A DNA stretch of 64,000 nt, from NCBI GenBank assembly GCA_010015585.1, contig ML975149.1; one strand, written 5' to 3'. The DNA comes from Eremomyces bilateralis CBS 781.70 (Eukaryota). This document shows, one piece after another, positions 12,394-25,419 of this stretch. The notes under the pieces were generated by a model. That model saw nothing but the letters and a program-made list of their open reading frames with translations, did not search any database and was not told the DNA's origin. The position numbers were made by a program, and so were the translations under genes. The stretch's first letter is position 1, and every line of letters starts with the position of its first letter.

Positions 12394-15300
12394 GGCTCAG
12401 GTACCCGCTCGGTGCGCAGAAGACCAGACGATTGCGGGTGAGTTCGTTTGCCTTTCCGCAACGGCGGATCGCAGCGGACTTTTGTGAAGCAAAGGTCGAC
12501 GAGTGGATTGGAGATGTGGACTTGGATGATCGAGGCGGAGCGGGTATGTTAGCCGCGAAATGGTATCGAAGGCAACGGAACGATCGGGTAGGCGCAATCA
12601 AATTCTAAAACGAGCGACGAAGTGATATACCTGAGGATGACAATGGGCGAAAAGAGAATGTAAAAACGAGAGGGAGCTTCAGGGAATTATGAGAGGCGCG
12701 GGATCAGGATGATGTTGGCAACAAGAGAGCCCAGCGAAGCGGTTCCCAAGCGCGTGCAGACAGCAGACGAAGCTGTGCGGATGTTGCAGCAGCAGAGACA
12801 GTAGAACCACCAGCGTCCCGTGTCCAGCAGCACCAGCAGAAGCAATAGCGGTTTAGTTAGACTGGGGGAGCCAGCGGGCGTGAAGGACATCAAGGATAGC
12901 CCCAGGGTCTGTCTGGGGCATCGATTACGGAAAACCTGGATGTGGTCTGGGCTAAGGGTTACACTTTGCAGCAACGTGTTCGACTACAGGCTAACGATGC
13001 GGGACAGCGGGTAGTAGATAGTGCGATTTCGACTCCGGAGCGCTAGACTGGGTGTCGGAGACTGGTATAAGAATCCTTCGGGGGAAGAAGTTGGAGAAGA
13101 AAGGATGAGACAGCACTTATTCCGTACAAAACGATGATGCACAGGAGGGAATTGTAATCTCTCATCTGTCAGCGCCCCAGCGGGGGGAGGTACGGAATCA
13201 GCCAGACTGCAAGCAGAGAGCATCATCGCCAGCCCTGGCTACGAGCTCGTCCAGGGGAATCCCCGAAAAACGCAGCTCTGAAACCGCACACCAATCCCGA
13301 TTTGGAGTTGTGGTGTCAGTGACCAGAAGGATCCAACATCATATCGCTGGCACAGTGGCACTGGGTCAATTCTCCGAGAAGCTCCCCAGTGCCCGCGGCG
13401 ACACTATCCCAATTCCCAAACGCTTCGACCCTCTCCTCCAGGGTCCCTTCACCCGCCAGCCACCCCAAGAACTGAGACATCAACCAGTCGTATTCTTCCA
13501 ATGAGAATCGGTGCTAGCTCAGAGCGCGGCCTCGCCCGTAGACCACGATCGTATCCGTGGAGCGCATCTTTTGCCATTTCATATTTGTGAGATTCGTCCA
13601 TCCAGTGATAATAACTATTCCGTAGAACTTGTACACTCGTGGTAATCGATAGACTGCAGGGTCGACTACCTATACCTTGCTTTCCAGTGGGCACATATGA
13701 TCCATGGTGAATGAATGCTATTCATGCCGTGCTCTGGAAGACCTGAACACAGGCCTTCGCCTAGGCGATGCGGAAGCTCAGCATGCATAGTGGCATCGAC
13801 TGTATCCTGATCTCGGTTCAGGGCTTTCAAGCCCGAGACTCGTTGTCGCTTCATGACAGCATGACGAAAACCGTCCGAGTCCGAAGAAAAGAAGGGCTTA
13901 TATTTAATTGGACCAAGCCTCTCTGCTCAGGTCCTCGGGTGGCCCTGATTCGCTCACGATGCAACTCCTGTCACACCTTGGGGAGCATCCAGCTGCTCGA
14001 ATCACTCACTGCAAGAGCAAGCGCCATCTTTTTCTGGCTTTTCCTTTATTCCTTATTTTGTCATTCATCAGTACCCCATTCAGCCGAATTTCGTGCTCGG
14101 GTTTGGGAATAACGCGGATGGCGGGGATCACCCTGCTTACGATCTCTCAACTACCAGCATGCGACCGACCATCTGGATAGTGGGCACTCGGTACCTTATG
14201 TATTTCTGTATTCATGTTGCGGAAGCCGGTGGCCCAGCATGTGGCAGAGGCGCTCTTAACAGAATATTGGCATTCCGTACAGTAATTCTCTTTAGCCTGG
14301 TTCGCTAATTAAGAGATAGATCGTAGACAGTAGCTAGACATTAACTAACTAGGTCAAAAAGTATCAGCATTGAACAAGCTTCCGAGGAGGAACAAATCCT
14401 ATCTCCTGGGTGCCGTGGGAATAGTGAAATCGAACCCCTTCCAAGGAGGCAAAGACTTTCTCTCTACTCCGTACGGAGGTCCATTTCAAAAGTTATTGCT
14501 CGCCAAGGAAGTGGCGTGATTATATAAGCAGTTTCGAGAGCCTATGCCACGGGCACTGGACTGCCTATCAACTGGGCATTTAATTCAGGTCTTATAGAGC
14601 ATATCCGAACATTAATCCGACAGTCTGACAGAGAAAGAACAGGGTTGGACACTGTATCTATGGCAGGCTAGGCGCATGCAGTGACTCTCCGTCTCGGAAA
14701 CCAATAAAATCCTTTGTGGTGCCAGTTGAAGTCAACCGCCTGTGGGGTGGACGATGACGCTTACCACTGCAGACACGATTCTGCGATGGCCTTCTGGATT
14801 CGCAGGATTCGGTGTCATAGGAGATCAGCTTTCGACCGTTTTGAGGGGTACCAATAATGAGTTTCCTAATTCCTTCCCCGGGCTTCCTTGAAGGATGATC
14901 CGCATCGGCACCATGAGCATCTCATCATGTAAGTCCAAATGAAACAGCCAACAAGGAGCTGTCCCCGAGGCATGGTATGACACGGGCACCATGGCGGCAC
15001 TTATATCGTCGCAGATGGATATCCAGGAACCGAGCGAGACCTAATTGTCTTGTCAGGGACAGAGTTATGAGATAATCAACCGGCACCTTAATCTGTAACG
15101 AGTACCTGGTAACCCTCAAGCCTTCAAGCGGGGGTATTCCGATGGACAGGCCACAGATGGCACGATGACACCGGCCAAGCCCTGATCGAGTGTGTGATAA
15201 TCTTACATGCTCGGAAAAGCTGAATTTGTTGGGGCCATGGAGAAAAGACCATAGCCCACAGAAAGGATAGGAGGTAGCCTACTTGTTGGACTGTTGGGTA

Positions 15301-16959
15301 ATAACTAGTTAATAATCATAGTTATGAAAATTATAAGTCGTAATAGACGGAAGGGGAGTGTAATGCCTCGCCAGGATATCGGGTGCCGGTCAGGGGTTAA
15401 GAGAAACGATCCATCGGTTGGTCACCAGTCATCGTGGATCGTGGTCCTTGGTCCTGTAAAACCACACCAGTCAACGTTACAATAATCCATGGAACCACGA
15501 GGCCGTGTTCTCTACTATCAGGTACTAGTTAGTTCCTACTTACTATTAGAAAATAGTACTATGTAGTACAATGCTGTACATATTCAGGAGTAAAGGTTTC
15601 GATTACGTAACTTGATTACTCCTCGTACTTTCGTAAACATCGAGAACACTGGCATTGAGACCACGACAGGACGACAAGCGACGACCATCCAAAATTATGG
15701 GCTCCGAGCCTCCGACGATTCGATCGGATCATCATCAGCCATCAGGAATTCCAGAATTGCGCATGTTTCGCAGGTTGAAACACCGCTTGCCCTCTTTGTC
15801 TTGCCCTCGCACCAACCCATGGTGCCACTCAGCCACGGGCTGTACCTTGTCTTCGATTAACTTCTTCCTACGTTCCATAAGACTTCCGTGCTTGCTAGCT
15901 GCAAACCTCATTGGATCGTTCGTCCTTCATCATGGCCTCGACTGCGAACTTCGAAGCCTTCGAAGCGCAGAAACTTTCCCGGCGTTTGAGCGCTGCAGGA
16001 ATGAGCAGGACAGAAGGAGTAAGCACAAAAGGATGGATGACCCCTCGGTGTGTCGTATGGTTGCAAAGGCCGATGGGACCACTGATTAGACGATGGATTC
16101 TAAAAGGTAATAGAATGCCTTTGATTAGGATATTAGAGTGCATCGCGTGGTACCTTTGTATTACTATTCAATACGAAACCAGAACAGCTGGCGGGTGGTT
16201 CGGTGTCTGGATCCCGACGCCACCGTCGTCCGAAGCTCTCCATGTCCCTTACTCAGAGTCACTGCCAAATCTGTCACAACTCCAGTCACAATTCTGAATT
16301 CACAAGTTGACACCCCACAGATTTCCCGCTGGGCTTTGCGCTACTAAACGGTTCAACAGGGGCACCGGGGCACCAACACAAGAATATATATTTCCGGGTC
16401 GCTTGACCGAGATTCCAAATTTCCTCAGCCTGCCCCTGACGCTATCGCAGCGGTTGGAGAATGGAATCTCGTACCCCGGAGCCCTGGACGTATTCGTCAC
16501 TGACTTTGTCAACGTCTCGGCGACCACTAGCTGCTGGAGTGCTGATACGTACGTACATAGTATGTGATTGGGCGCATAAGCAGCTAGCAACTAGTGTACT
16601 CAGGAAGTATCAGGCAACAAACAATCTGAGGATTGAGGGACCTTTGAACTACGACTGATGCCTAAAAGATACTGTTGATCCATCGCTATCGGACTAGCCT
16701 CTATGCATCGGTGACTCGACCCAGCAGATATGATGAACCTCATCGGATGCTTTGAAATCAGTCCAGAGCATCAACTGGCGATGCTTGGAATATAAGAAGG
16801 CCAGATGGGATACTCACTAATTAGAACCTCGCTCTATGCGCTCACTACCGCTAGTGCCTCATAGTCAAAGTTATAGAGTTGTTTTGATTGGTCAAAGCCG
16901 AATAACTTCTTCCTCAAGTCAATTATCCCTTTCCCCTTCCACGCAGAACCTGTTCGGAA

Positions 16960-18178
16960 ATGTCTGAGATCAAGAAAGTCATTGTGATTGGGGTAAGAAG
17001 AATAGAAACCCCATCTACAAACCCATCCCCAGGACGATCACTAAGTCTCAATAGGCGACAGGCGAGATTGGTCGATCTATCATCGCTGCGCTGCTCTCAC
17101 ATGGTTTCACCGTCACCATTCTCACTCGCTCTGCATCCTCCACATCCGTGTTTCCTCCCGCGACTCTTGCCCAGCTAAAGATCATCGCCGCCGAGTACAC
17201 GCCCGAGACGTTCCGCTCCGCCTTCACGGGACAGGATGCCATTGTTTCCGCGATTTCGATAGGGGGCATTTCCGCGCAGATCCAAATGATCGATGCGGCT
17301 GCCGATGTGGGAGTGCAAAGGTTTATGCTCAGTGAGTTCGGCAATGCGCCGGAAGATGTGCAAGGTCGGCTGGATGTGCCGTCTTTGAAAGCCGCGAGGG
17401 AAATGAAAGTGAAGGTACTGAATCATGCAAAGATGAGAGTGGATGAGAGCAAGGGAAAGTTCGAGTGGAGCGCTGTAGCAGTGGGGAGTATTATTGACTG
17501 GGTAAGTCGAGCATCATTCGTTTCGGTTCAGTTTCCAAGAGTTCTTGTATACTTCGGATACAAGATACTTACCATCGATCCCTTTTTCTGTTGCCCGAAA
17601 AGATTTATAGAATGCCAGCTTCATTTTCCACTTCTTTCCATCTGTATGGGGTCAACTTGAGTAGAAATTACAGCAAGAGGCATCGAACTGATCTGTTCCA
17701 GGCAATTATCAAGTTCCCAGGTGCGATGGGCTTCGACATACCCAACCGGACAGCTCGTCTTTATGACGATGGAACAGAACCATTTACCGGGACACGAATC
17801 GCGGACATCGGTCTAGCTGTTGCGGGGAGTCTTGCAAATCCCTCCAAAACGGCAAACCGCTTCCTTCGCCTTCGGTCAGTGCAGACCACACAACTGGAGC
17901 TGCTGCACGCCTTCAATGACGCCACTCAGGTGAAATGGGCGAATGAGTTCGTCAGCTCGAACGATGTGCTAAAAAATTCGGAGGAAGCAATGCGCCTGGG
18001 AGAAGCCGGGAAGGCCGTTCAGGGGTTTGTTGCGGTGCAGACGTTCCAAAAAGGAGCGCATAGGTCGGTGGTGGCGACGAAAGAAGAGGCAGATAATGGA
18101 ATCGTCGGACTCGAAGAAGTCGATGCTGTGGAGATTGTCCGAGGGGTCTTGAAAGCGCTCGGAGAGAGCGAAATATAG
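16960..18178 (+). CDS. NmrA-like / isoflavone reductase-family NAD(P)-binding protein
   Basis: Exons 16960-16992, 17055-17501 and 17702-18178. Splicing creates KKVIVIGATGEIG (GxxGxxG). Also DAAADVGVQRFMLSEFG and DIGLAVA. Confidence 0.9.
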
Positions 18179-18572
18179 ATGGAATTGTTTTGCTCTCGAA
18201 TCCTCTGCTCTCGCGGTCTCCCGATCTGCTTTGATATGGTGCAGTCAGAAAATTGATGACGGATAATATTCAAGTACCAACGAAACAATCCATATTTATG
18301 AGAGCAACTATAAATACCGATACTTGCCTAGATGCGATGTACAATACCAAAATAGATGCAGTTGGATCATCTCCTTGAGATGGAGTTGATTCGTCTCAGC
18401 TGCACCTGTAACCTGTTTTGTTCGGGGACGCTCGGACCTTCTATCACGGATTGCTCTCAAGACCTCAAATTTTGTTCGGTTTTGGTAGATATCCCGCAAT
18501 TGCATGACGGGAGAGTACGAAGCCCGTGGAAAGCGGATTTTATGAGCCAATTGGCCATGTCCGTTCCCTAAA

Positions 18573-20889
18573 ATGGCCAAAAAGAAGAAAGATTCGCCAG
18601 GAGGGGACGCCGAGAATGTTCCCAATGCGACGAAAATAGACGGGCAATCACGAGGAAGCAAGCCGAGCTCGAAGTCTCTTCCTCCATTGTTGATATGCCG
18701 GAATAAGTGAGTGAGTCTGATTGCCGTTTATCTGATTAGATCTCTGCCGTACTTCCTCCTCGATCCGTACTAATGCGTCTTTCCGCGGATACAGACATTG
18801 GAGATATATCTCGGCGTACCACGGGCCATGGCTTCAACTCCCCCCGGAAATCCTCGAGACCATCGCCCACAGTAACTACCTTTCCCCTCGCCCGCGTACC
18901 ATCGATCCCGCGGTCTGTTTCGACCTGGTGAAGATCCGCAATGCGGTCGACGAAGCGTCCAACCTGGCAGTGCGTGCCGCCAGCGGGCTTACCTCCGCCG
19001 CCATGAGCTCCTCGGCGAACTTCTCCCAAGGGGTGGTGAACCGCACGGGTGCCGCGGCGCTTGGATTGGGGTATAATGGGCATGGATCCACAGAGCTGAG
19101 CCGCGAACGGAAATACCGCATGCGAGAGATGGCGGCGCGGCAGCTCGCGCACGCGTATCGGACCGACGAAATCGCGACGAGCGTGGCGACGATGCAGGCA
19201 ACGAGCACGATCGACGAAGTCGCCCACTTGGTGTTGCAGCGGAATTCGGACGAGGCGGATGCGAAATACGTGCACTTTTTCCACGAGAAGATCCCGTCGC
19301 GGATGATGGCGCAGCATTCGCCCCTGGATGTGCTAGACGACGTCAGTGCCGATTGCTCGGCGGATCCGGCGCCGCTCCGGACGAGAGCGCTCGTGAGGAT
19401 ATTCAAGGAGGATTATGCGGGTGCAGCGAGGGATTTTACGGCCGCATTGAAGATCTATCGGCATCATGAAGCGCAGCATCGGGCGAACCGAAGTCAACTT
19501 GTGCGGCAAACGGAGGGGCAAGAGCAGAGGGAACGGCTGATGCACCGCGATAAGATCGAGGAGGTGGACCAGCCTAGCAGCTTGGAAGGCCAGTTGCTGT
19601 TCCACAGGGCATATGTCTATCTTGCTTTGGCTTGTCAGCACGTCTACATTGCGCTGGAGGAACCACCGAAGGAGGAGCAGACCGGACATCTGCCAGAGAA
19701 TAGTGAATCGAGCAGTGCCCAGGGAGCTGCTCTGCAGAGGAAGTTGGAGGCACAAACCCATGTCCGGACCTACGCAAGGAGGGCGATCCGAGACCTAGTC
19801 TCCTTTCTGAACCTACTGGATTATACGCCGGGTCTCGCTTTTGACGTTGCGGATCGTTTCGTCGAGCAAGTCCTTGGCTACACATCTCATCCGGTTAACG
19901 GCTCGAGTACACCTCAAACCTCCCCGGCCTCCACCTCCGTCAACTCAGAAGCGTCGTCACCCGATTCCCTGGCGCCGTATCGCAAACCTCCCACCCACCG
20001 AGAGCTCACCCAGAAAATTGCCCAATTCACCCACGAGAACGGCAAGGAATGGGTTCCCAAAATCTACTCCGCCTCCGCCCTCTTCTCCCCCACCCCACCC
20101 TCCGATCTCCCTCCCTTCCCCCTCACCTCCGCACGCCACCGCCTCGACCTCCCCCCACCTTTCCAAGAAAGCCTCACCTTCCACCCCCTGCTCACCGAAG
20201 CGCTCCACTCCCTCCTCCTGGCCCACAGCCTCGCGCAGACGCCCCCGACGGAACTCCGCCGACATGCGCACAACGTCGCCCGCCTCTCCAACCTCGTGGA
20301 CGGCTACCCCGTCTTTGCCACCTCTACCCGCTGCCCGGCCCGCGCCGACTGGGTCGAGCTGCTCAACTTGACCAACAACTGGCTCGATGTGGCCACTGGC
20401 GCGGGCGGCTGGGAGGGGCTGTGTCGACTCTCGAGCGTCAGCGACGCTGTTCCCAGCCCCAGCAAGGCCGCGGAGCGAGATGGCCGTACGCACGCTGTGG
20501 CCACCGCCAAGCCATGCGGTCCCGGCGGAACGTCCGCATCCGCAGGCACGGAACCCAGCCGCAAGAGCACGGATAACGGGCTGACGGACGAGATCCGGAA
20601 GCTGGAGCGGGACGAGCCGATGCTGACGCCGACGTTCGATAGCGGTGGGGCGCTGGCGGGGTTCCGGTCGAGTGAGCGGGTGGACCTGATCGCGCGGTGG
20701 GTGGTGGAAATTCCGGAGCCGGCGGAGGGGGCGGGGAAGGGGAGGAAGGCTAGGGGGGGAAAGAAGGGGAGGAAGATGAGGAGGGGGACGGGGGATGTTG
20801 ATGCAGTTGGGGAGATGGGCAAGTTGAAGGTGGATGAGGGAGTCGGTGAGAGGATTGACAACGCGCAGTCCGATGGTCTGGCTGCTTGA
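18573..20889 (+). CDS. Conserved fungal protein of unknown function with a TPR-like helical region
   Basis: Exon 18573-18706, intron 18707-18794, then LICRNK|HWRYISAYHGPWLQLPPEILE continues into the 653-aa ORF (AYRTDEIATSVATMQ, YVHFFHEKIPSR, RTRALVRIFKEDYAGAARDFT). Confidence 0.85.
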
Positions 20890-21739
20890 ATTAGATCGTC
20901 AGGGTTGGAGGGCAATTGGATATTTGACTCCAGTGCCGCTATGGAGATATCTGTGGTTCTTTCAGTGAGTGCTGTTGCTCCTCTATCGGCCATATTCTTG
21001 CTGCGTACAAATAGTACTCCCTCAACTCAGGTTGCCCCTGAAGGGTCCCAGTTGACAATGCTCCAGCTAGCCACAGAATATAAGTATGAATCCATCGTAT
21101 TGCAGTTCAGTTGTAATCTCTTGCTCTCCCTCAGGGGAACATGGACCATTGTCTCCTCATGCTGTGACGTTCTCACTGTGATCTCAGTCCCCTCAGTCCC
21201 CACAATCCTCAGTTCTCATAATCCTCACCGCCCTCATCGCCCTTACGTGTGCAGCAGAGTGCAGTCGAGGACTATTCCCTCATCAGACTTCCGGCTTCTG
21301 GAACTTTTGAGAACGTGCCTGCCGTACCTGGCATTGACGGCGATTGCCTAATGTGCTCTCACCGCATCGCGGTCTTTCCACGTGAAATGGGCTCCTCCTT
21401 CCAATCCTAGGCCTTCAATTCGTTTGAAATTACGCAGTATAGTCACTGCACGGAACTAAGTGGTGTAATTCACCCACAGCAAACGGATTTCCAAGGCAGT
21501 CGCGGTGACCACATGCCTTACGGTCTCTGGGAAATCCTCATCACTTCCTCCCCGTTGTCTATTTAAGAAGCTGTTCCTCCCACTTCTCTTCAACTTCTCC
21601 TCGTCACAACTCACATCAACTCACTCATCCACTACAATCCCAACAGCTTCAAAGCAATCAGCCAACTTTGTCAAACTTCCTCCATCGCCAACCAACTTCC
21701 TCCACCACCAACCAATTACCTCAACTCTCAACAGTCATC

Positions 21740-22083
21740 ATGTCTGCTCCTACCAACACCAACACTGGCACTAGTGCCCCGGACGCCGACCCTGCGGCTG
21801 CCCCCCATCAGCCCGCCTCACCGGTATGTTCCTTCCTGCATCCACCCCGATGGTTTGACCACTGACACTCTCTGACAGGCCCAGAACCTTGCGCCCAACC
21901 CTGACCAGTCTGCTGACATTGACAATAAACTGGTATGACAACACACCCTTACTCTATCCTTTCCCTTCCTTTCCCTTGATCACCATCACCAGCTAACACG
22001 ATGGACTGTAGGACACCCCCGAGGCTCCCCTGGCTTCCCCGGGCAAGCCTGGCGAGAAGGCAGCTGAGGCACCCAAGAAATAG
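21740..22083 (+). CDS. 69-aa P/A-rich hydrophilic small protein, 3 exons
   Basis: Exons 21740-21823, 21879-21932 and 22012-22083. Both introns are phase 0 with GTATG donors, CTGAC/GCTAAC branch points and YAG acceptors. CATCATG start context; C/A-rich leader; TATTTAAG at about 21559. Confidence 0.75.
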
Positions 22084-22478
22084 GTGCTGGCTTGCCTCAC
22101 ACATCTTCTCATCAAGTGCAGGAAGGATAGAGAGCACTGATCAGAGATGGGGATGCCTGGAGAATTGATGGATGAATCATCACAGCATGGTTACTGAGGT
22201 AGCAATTCCGCGATTGTCGACTAAAGCTCGCAGCATGGAATGAATCAAGAGTTTACACATCACACAGCATCTGCCAAAGTGACATTCTGAAAACCGTGAT
22301 TTAATTTGATGATGACCTACATGTGGCTTGAGTTTGGGATACGTGTATGCCACTGTGGAAGCTACTGCATGCACATTTGTCCAGCTGATTTCTTTGTTTG
22401 ATGCAGTGAGCCGATTGATGGTGCATTGCCAAACAATATGAATTGATGAGAGGACGTTGATAGACATTCGATGATACA

Positions 22479-23437
22479 TACCTTGATGGCCAGCGGCTGC
22501 ATGCTGTACGGAATGTATTTGCTAATCAAGCTAATCCAGCCGATATCGCCGCCTCATTGGACGCCTCCAACGCCACCTTGGGCGATTCCTGGTTTTCCTG
22601 AACCTCCCAGCCGAACTCCGAGTCGACGCCGTCCACAACATCATCGAAGCCATCAGAACTCGAGATGTGAGTTGGCGGAGCCCAATCGGTGCTTGGGACT
22701 GGGACGTGGGTTGGCGGATTTATTTCTTATCATTTCACGGTAGCAGTTTGCTTTTCACACTGCTATCCAACGTCTCGGGAGTGACGAATTGTTCAATTCC
22801 CAGCCAATGCAAGGGCCCGAACGTTGGACTGTGGACGTGGTGGTACGCCTCGTGCTGTTGGGCACCTAGATTCCGTCAACTCGGAATGACAATACAGTTG
22901 CAGTCGAATCTTGATATACACGACGAATTGGTAGGAACCAGTGCAGTCTTCAAATGAACCAACTCCCCAAGCCTCCAAGTCGTCAGTTCCTTGGCCTGTC
23001 TTCATTTTCCTAAGGCCTGTTTCATCTTAGGCGGGAACTACATACATACTACGTAGTAAGATTGACGCAACACGCATGCGGCGAGGCTTTCGCAGTTTCG
23101 CCGCTTAAATTTTCCTCCGCCCTTGAAGATCTTTGGGTCCCGGATCCGCCCATCTGCAATATCTTATCGAGTTAGCTGTCTAGTGTAATAAGCGCATCTA
23201 CCCTGGCCACCGGGTGATAAATCCCCATCGATTATTCGCGCGCGCTACCTGGGTTTCCATCAAGGTATGTGGGCAGGGCATAGAGATCAGAGTTCTTTTA
23301 TCGGAGTCAAGAGTTCGGGCATTTGCTCGTCCGCTGTTCAGAGGCGGCATTCCTGGGCTCGTCCAATGTCATTTGCTCATCTTTCACTCATTTCTCCCGC
23401 TGCTGTCACTGGTCAACTCCAGCTACCCATCAAGGTA
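22479..23437. promoter_or_regulatory. Three exact copies of CCATCAAGGTA upstream of the ZIP gene; candidate Zap1/ZafA zinc-response elements
   Basis: Copies at 22479-22489 (minus), 23257-23267 (+) and 23427-23437 (+). The CAAGGT core matches fungal zinc-responsive elements. Confidence 0.6.
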
Positions 23438-23780
23438 AGTGCTGGTTGCGATACAATGGGTCGCTACTGTGACGTTGGAATTTCCACGGTCCCTCATTCG
23501 AAAGTTCTTATTCAACGCTCGTCCAGTTAATTCTGTTCTTGTAATTGTCCGTTTTCTTATTGTCATTGGGAGACTCCTGCGCACGACAAACGCCGGCTAT
23601 AGTGTCACCGTATATATTTCTGAGTGCATATATTTCGTCCGGCGTCCTCCTTCCACTGCAATCTGTTGGTCCTTACCATCTACTTCCACTGCACTGGGTC
23701 CTCGCAGTTTATGTCCAGTCTCTAGGCGTCCATCAGAGTTGTCTGTATAATCTTGGCCTAGCCTCAAAAGTTCTTCAACC

Positions 23781-24950
23781 ATGGATCCGTTCAGCTCCAC
23801 ATGGACCCTTTTCTCCAGGCACGTCCCGATGGACGATGAGCACCATGAACCCGGGCAGTGTGACACCGGTAATGAGTTCGACGGTCAAATGGGCCTCCGC
23901 ATATCCGCCATCTTCGTCATTCTGGTCGGCTCGCTCTTCGGCGCATGGTTTCCCGTCTTCGCTCAGCGACATGCCGGGTCGTGGATTCCGGAGTCCTTCT
24001 TCTTCATCTCCAAGTTCTTCGGCTCCGGGGTGATCATCGCCACGGCTTTCGTTCATCTCCTAGCTCCCGCACATGAGGCGCTTTCGGCTTCATGTCTCAC
24101 TGGCCCCATCACGGAGTACCCTTGGGTGGAAGGGATCTCCCTAATGGCGGTGTTCTCCCTGTTCGTTTTGGAGATTGTAGCCATGCGGTACGGGATGCCA
24201 GGTGGACATGCCCATACGCACACGCATAACCACGAGCACCCTACTGGAGACGCCTCTATCCCCCTTAAGGTGGAAAGTTCCGAAACCACCGCCACCACCG
24301 TCACCAATGAACCGGCCACCAATGGAACGGCCACCAATGGAACGGCCCGCGAAGGAGGCAGAATCAACACACTCTCTCCTGGAGCCGACCACTTCGGCCA
24401 CGCCCGCTCGCACGTCGACAACAGCGACGCGGAGCACGGCGGGGTGTCCCCTGAGAGCCTCGCCGCGCAGATGACCTCCATCTTCATCCTCGAATTCGGC
24501 GTCATCTTCCACAGCATCTTCATTGGGCTCACCCTCGCCGTCGCCGGGGAGGAGTTTAAAATCCTGTATATCGTCCTCGTCTTTCACCAGACCTTCGAAG
24601 GGCTCGGTCTCGGCGCCCGGCTCGCCATGATCCCCTGGCCGGCCCACCGGAAATTCATGCCGTACGGGCTCGCTATCGCGTACGGCCTCAGCACGCCGAT
24701 CGCCATTGCGGCCGGGTTGGGGGTGCGGACGTCGTACGCGCCCGGGTCGCAGACCACGCTGATCGTCAACGGGGTGTTCGACAGCATCAGCGCGGGGATC
24801 CTGATCTACACGGGACTGGTGGAGTTGATGGCGCACGAGTTCATGTTTAGCCCGACCATGTCGAAGGCCCCGGCGAAGACGGTCATGAGCGCGATTGGGT
24901 TGATGGCCCTAGGTGCCGGGTTGATGGCCCTGCTAGGGAAGTGGGCGTAG
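23781..24950 (+). CDS. ZIP-family zinc transporter (Zrt1/Zrt2/ZrfB-like)
   Basis: Intronless, 389 aa. Motifs KFFGSGVIIATAFVHLL, His-rich loop HAHTHTHNHEH, ILEFGVIFHSIFIGL, FHQTFEGLGLG and C-terminal ALLGKWA. Confidence 0.96.
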   Translation: MDPFSSTWTLFSRHVPMDDEHHEPGQCDTGNEFDGQMGLRISAIFVILVGSLFGAWFPVFAQRHAGSWIPESFFFISKFFGSGVIIATAFVHLLAPAHEALSASCLTGPITEYPWVEGISLMAVFSLFVLEIVAMRYGMPGGHAHTHTHNHEHPTGDASIPLKVESSETTATTVTNEPATNGTATNGTAREGGRINTLSPGADHFGHARSHVDNSDAEHGGVSPESLAAQMTSIFILEFGVIFHSIFIGLTLAVAGEEFKILYIVLVFHQTFEGLGLGARLAMIPWPAHRKFMPYGLAIAYGLSTPIAIAAGLGVRTSYAPGSQTTLIVNGVFDSISAGILIYTGLVELMAHEFMFSPTMSKAPAKTVMSAIGLMALGAGLMALLGKWA

Positions 24951-25419
24951 GATGTTCGATGCCGATGATGAGCGTTCTGAATTGAGACACGACCAAACAT
25001 AAAGGCGTTTGCGGAGTTTGATAACCAGTTGTGAGGTTAGGATATGGGATATACCACAGGCAGTGGAAAAATCGTTCGGCGTCGGAGGGCATTTGGCTTC
25101 AAATTCATTGATGATGAGCGATAGAGAATCAATTCCACAACGAATTCACAATTCATCCAAATACGCACCCTGAGGTGCGACGTGTTGTATCTAACTATGT
25201 AATACCATGAACAACTTACTGGTGTAGCACTTGTCCTATTGCATTTTCGTGTAGCTCCAAATCAGCCCATCTCAGCTCGAATTTTCCACCCTGCTGTCCC
25301 TGCAAGCTATTAGCCATCTCACAATCCCTGCACGCCCATCCTATCCGATCTCCAAAAAAATTCCAATTGCCTCACAAGTCACAACACGAAAACCAAACCA
25401 CACGTCACAATCGCCCACC

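Noticed and set aside
14405..14460. GGTTCGAT (tRNA T-loop-like) on the minus strand
   Set aside because: No T-stem or cloverleaf pairing around it.
24313..24347. 15-bp tandem repeat (ATNGT x2) in the ZIP loop
   Set aside because: Ordinary slippage in a variable cytoplasmic loop.
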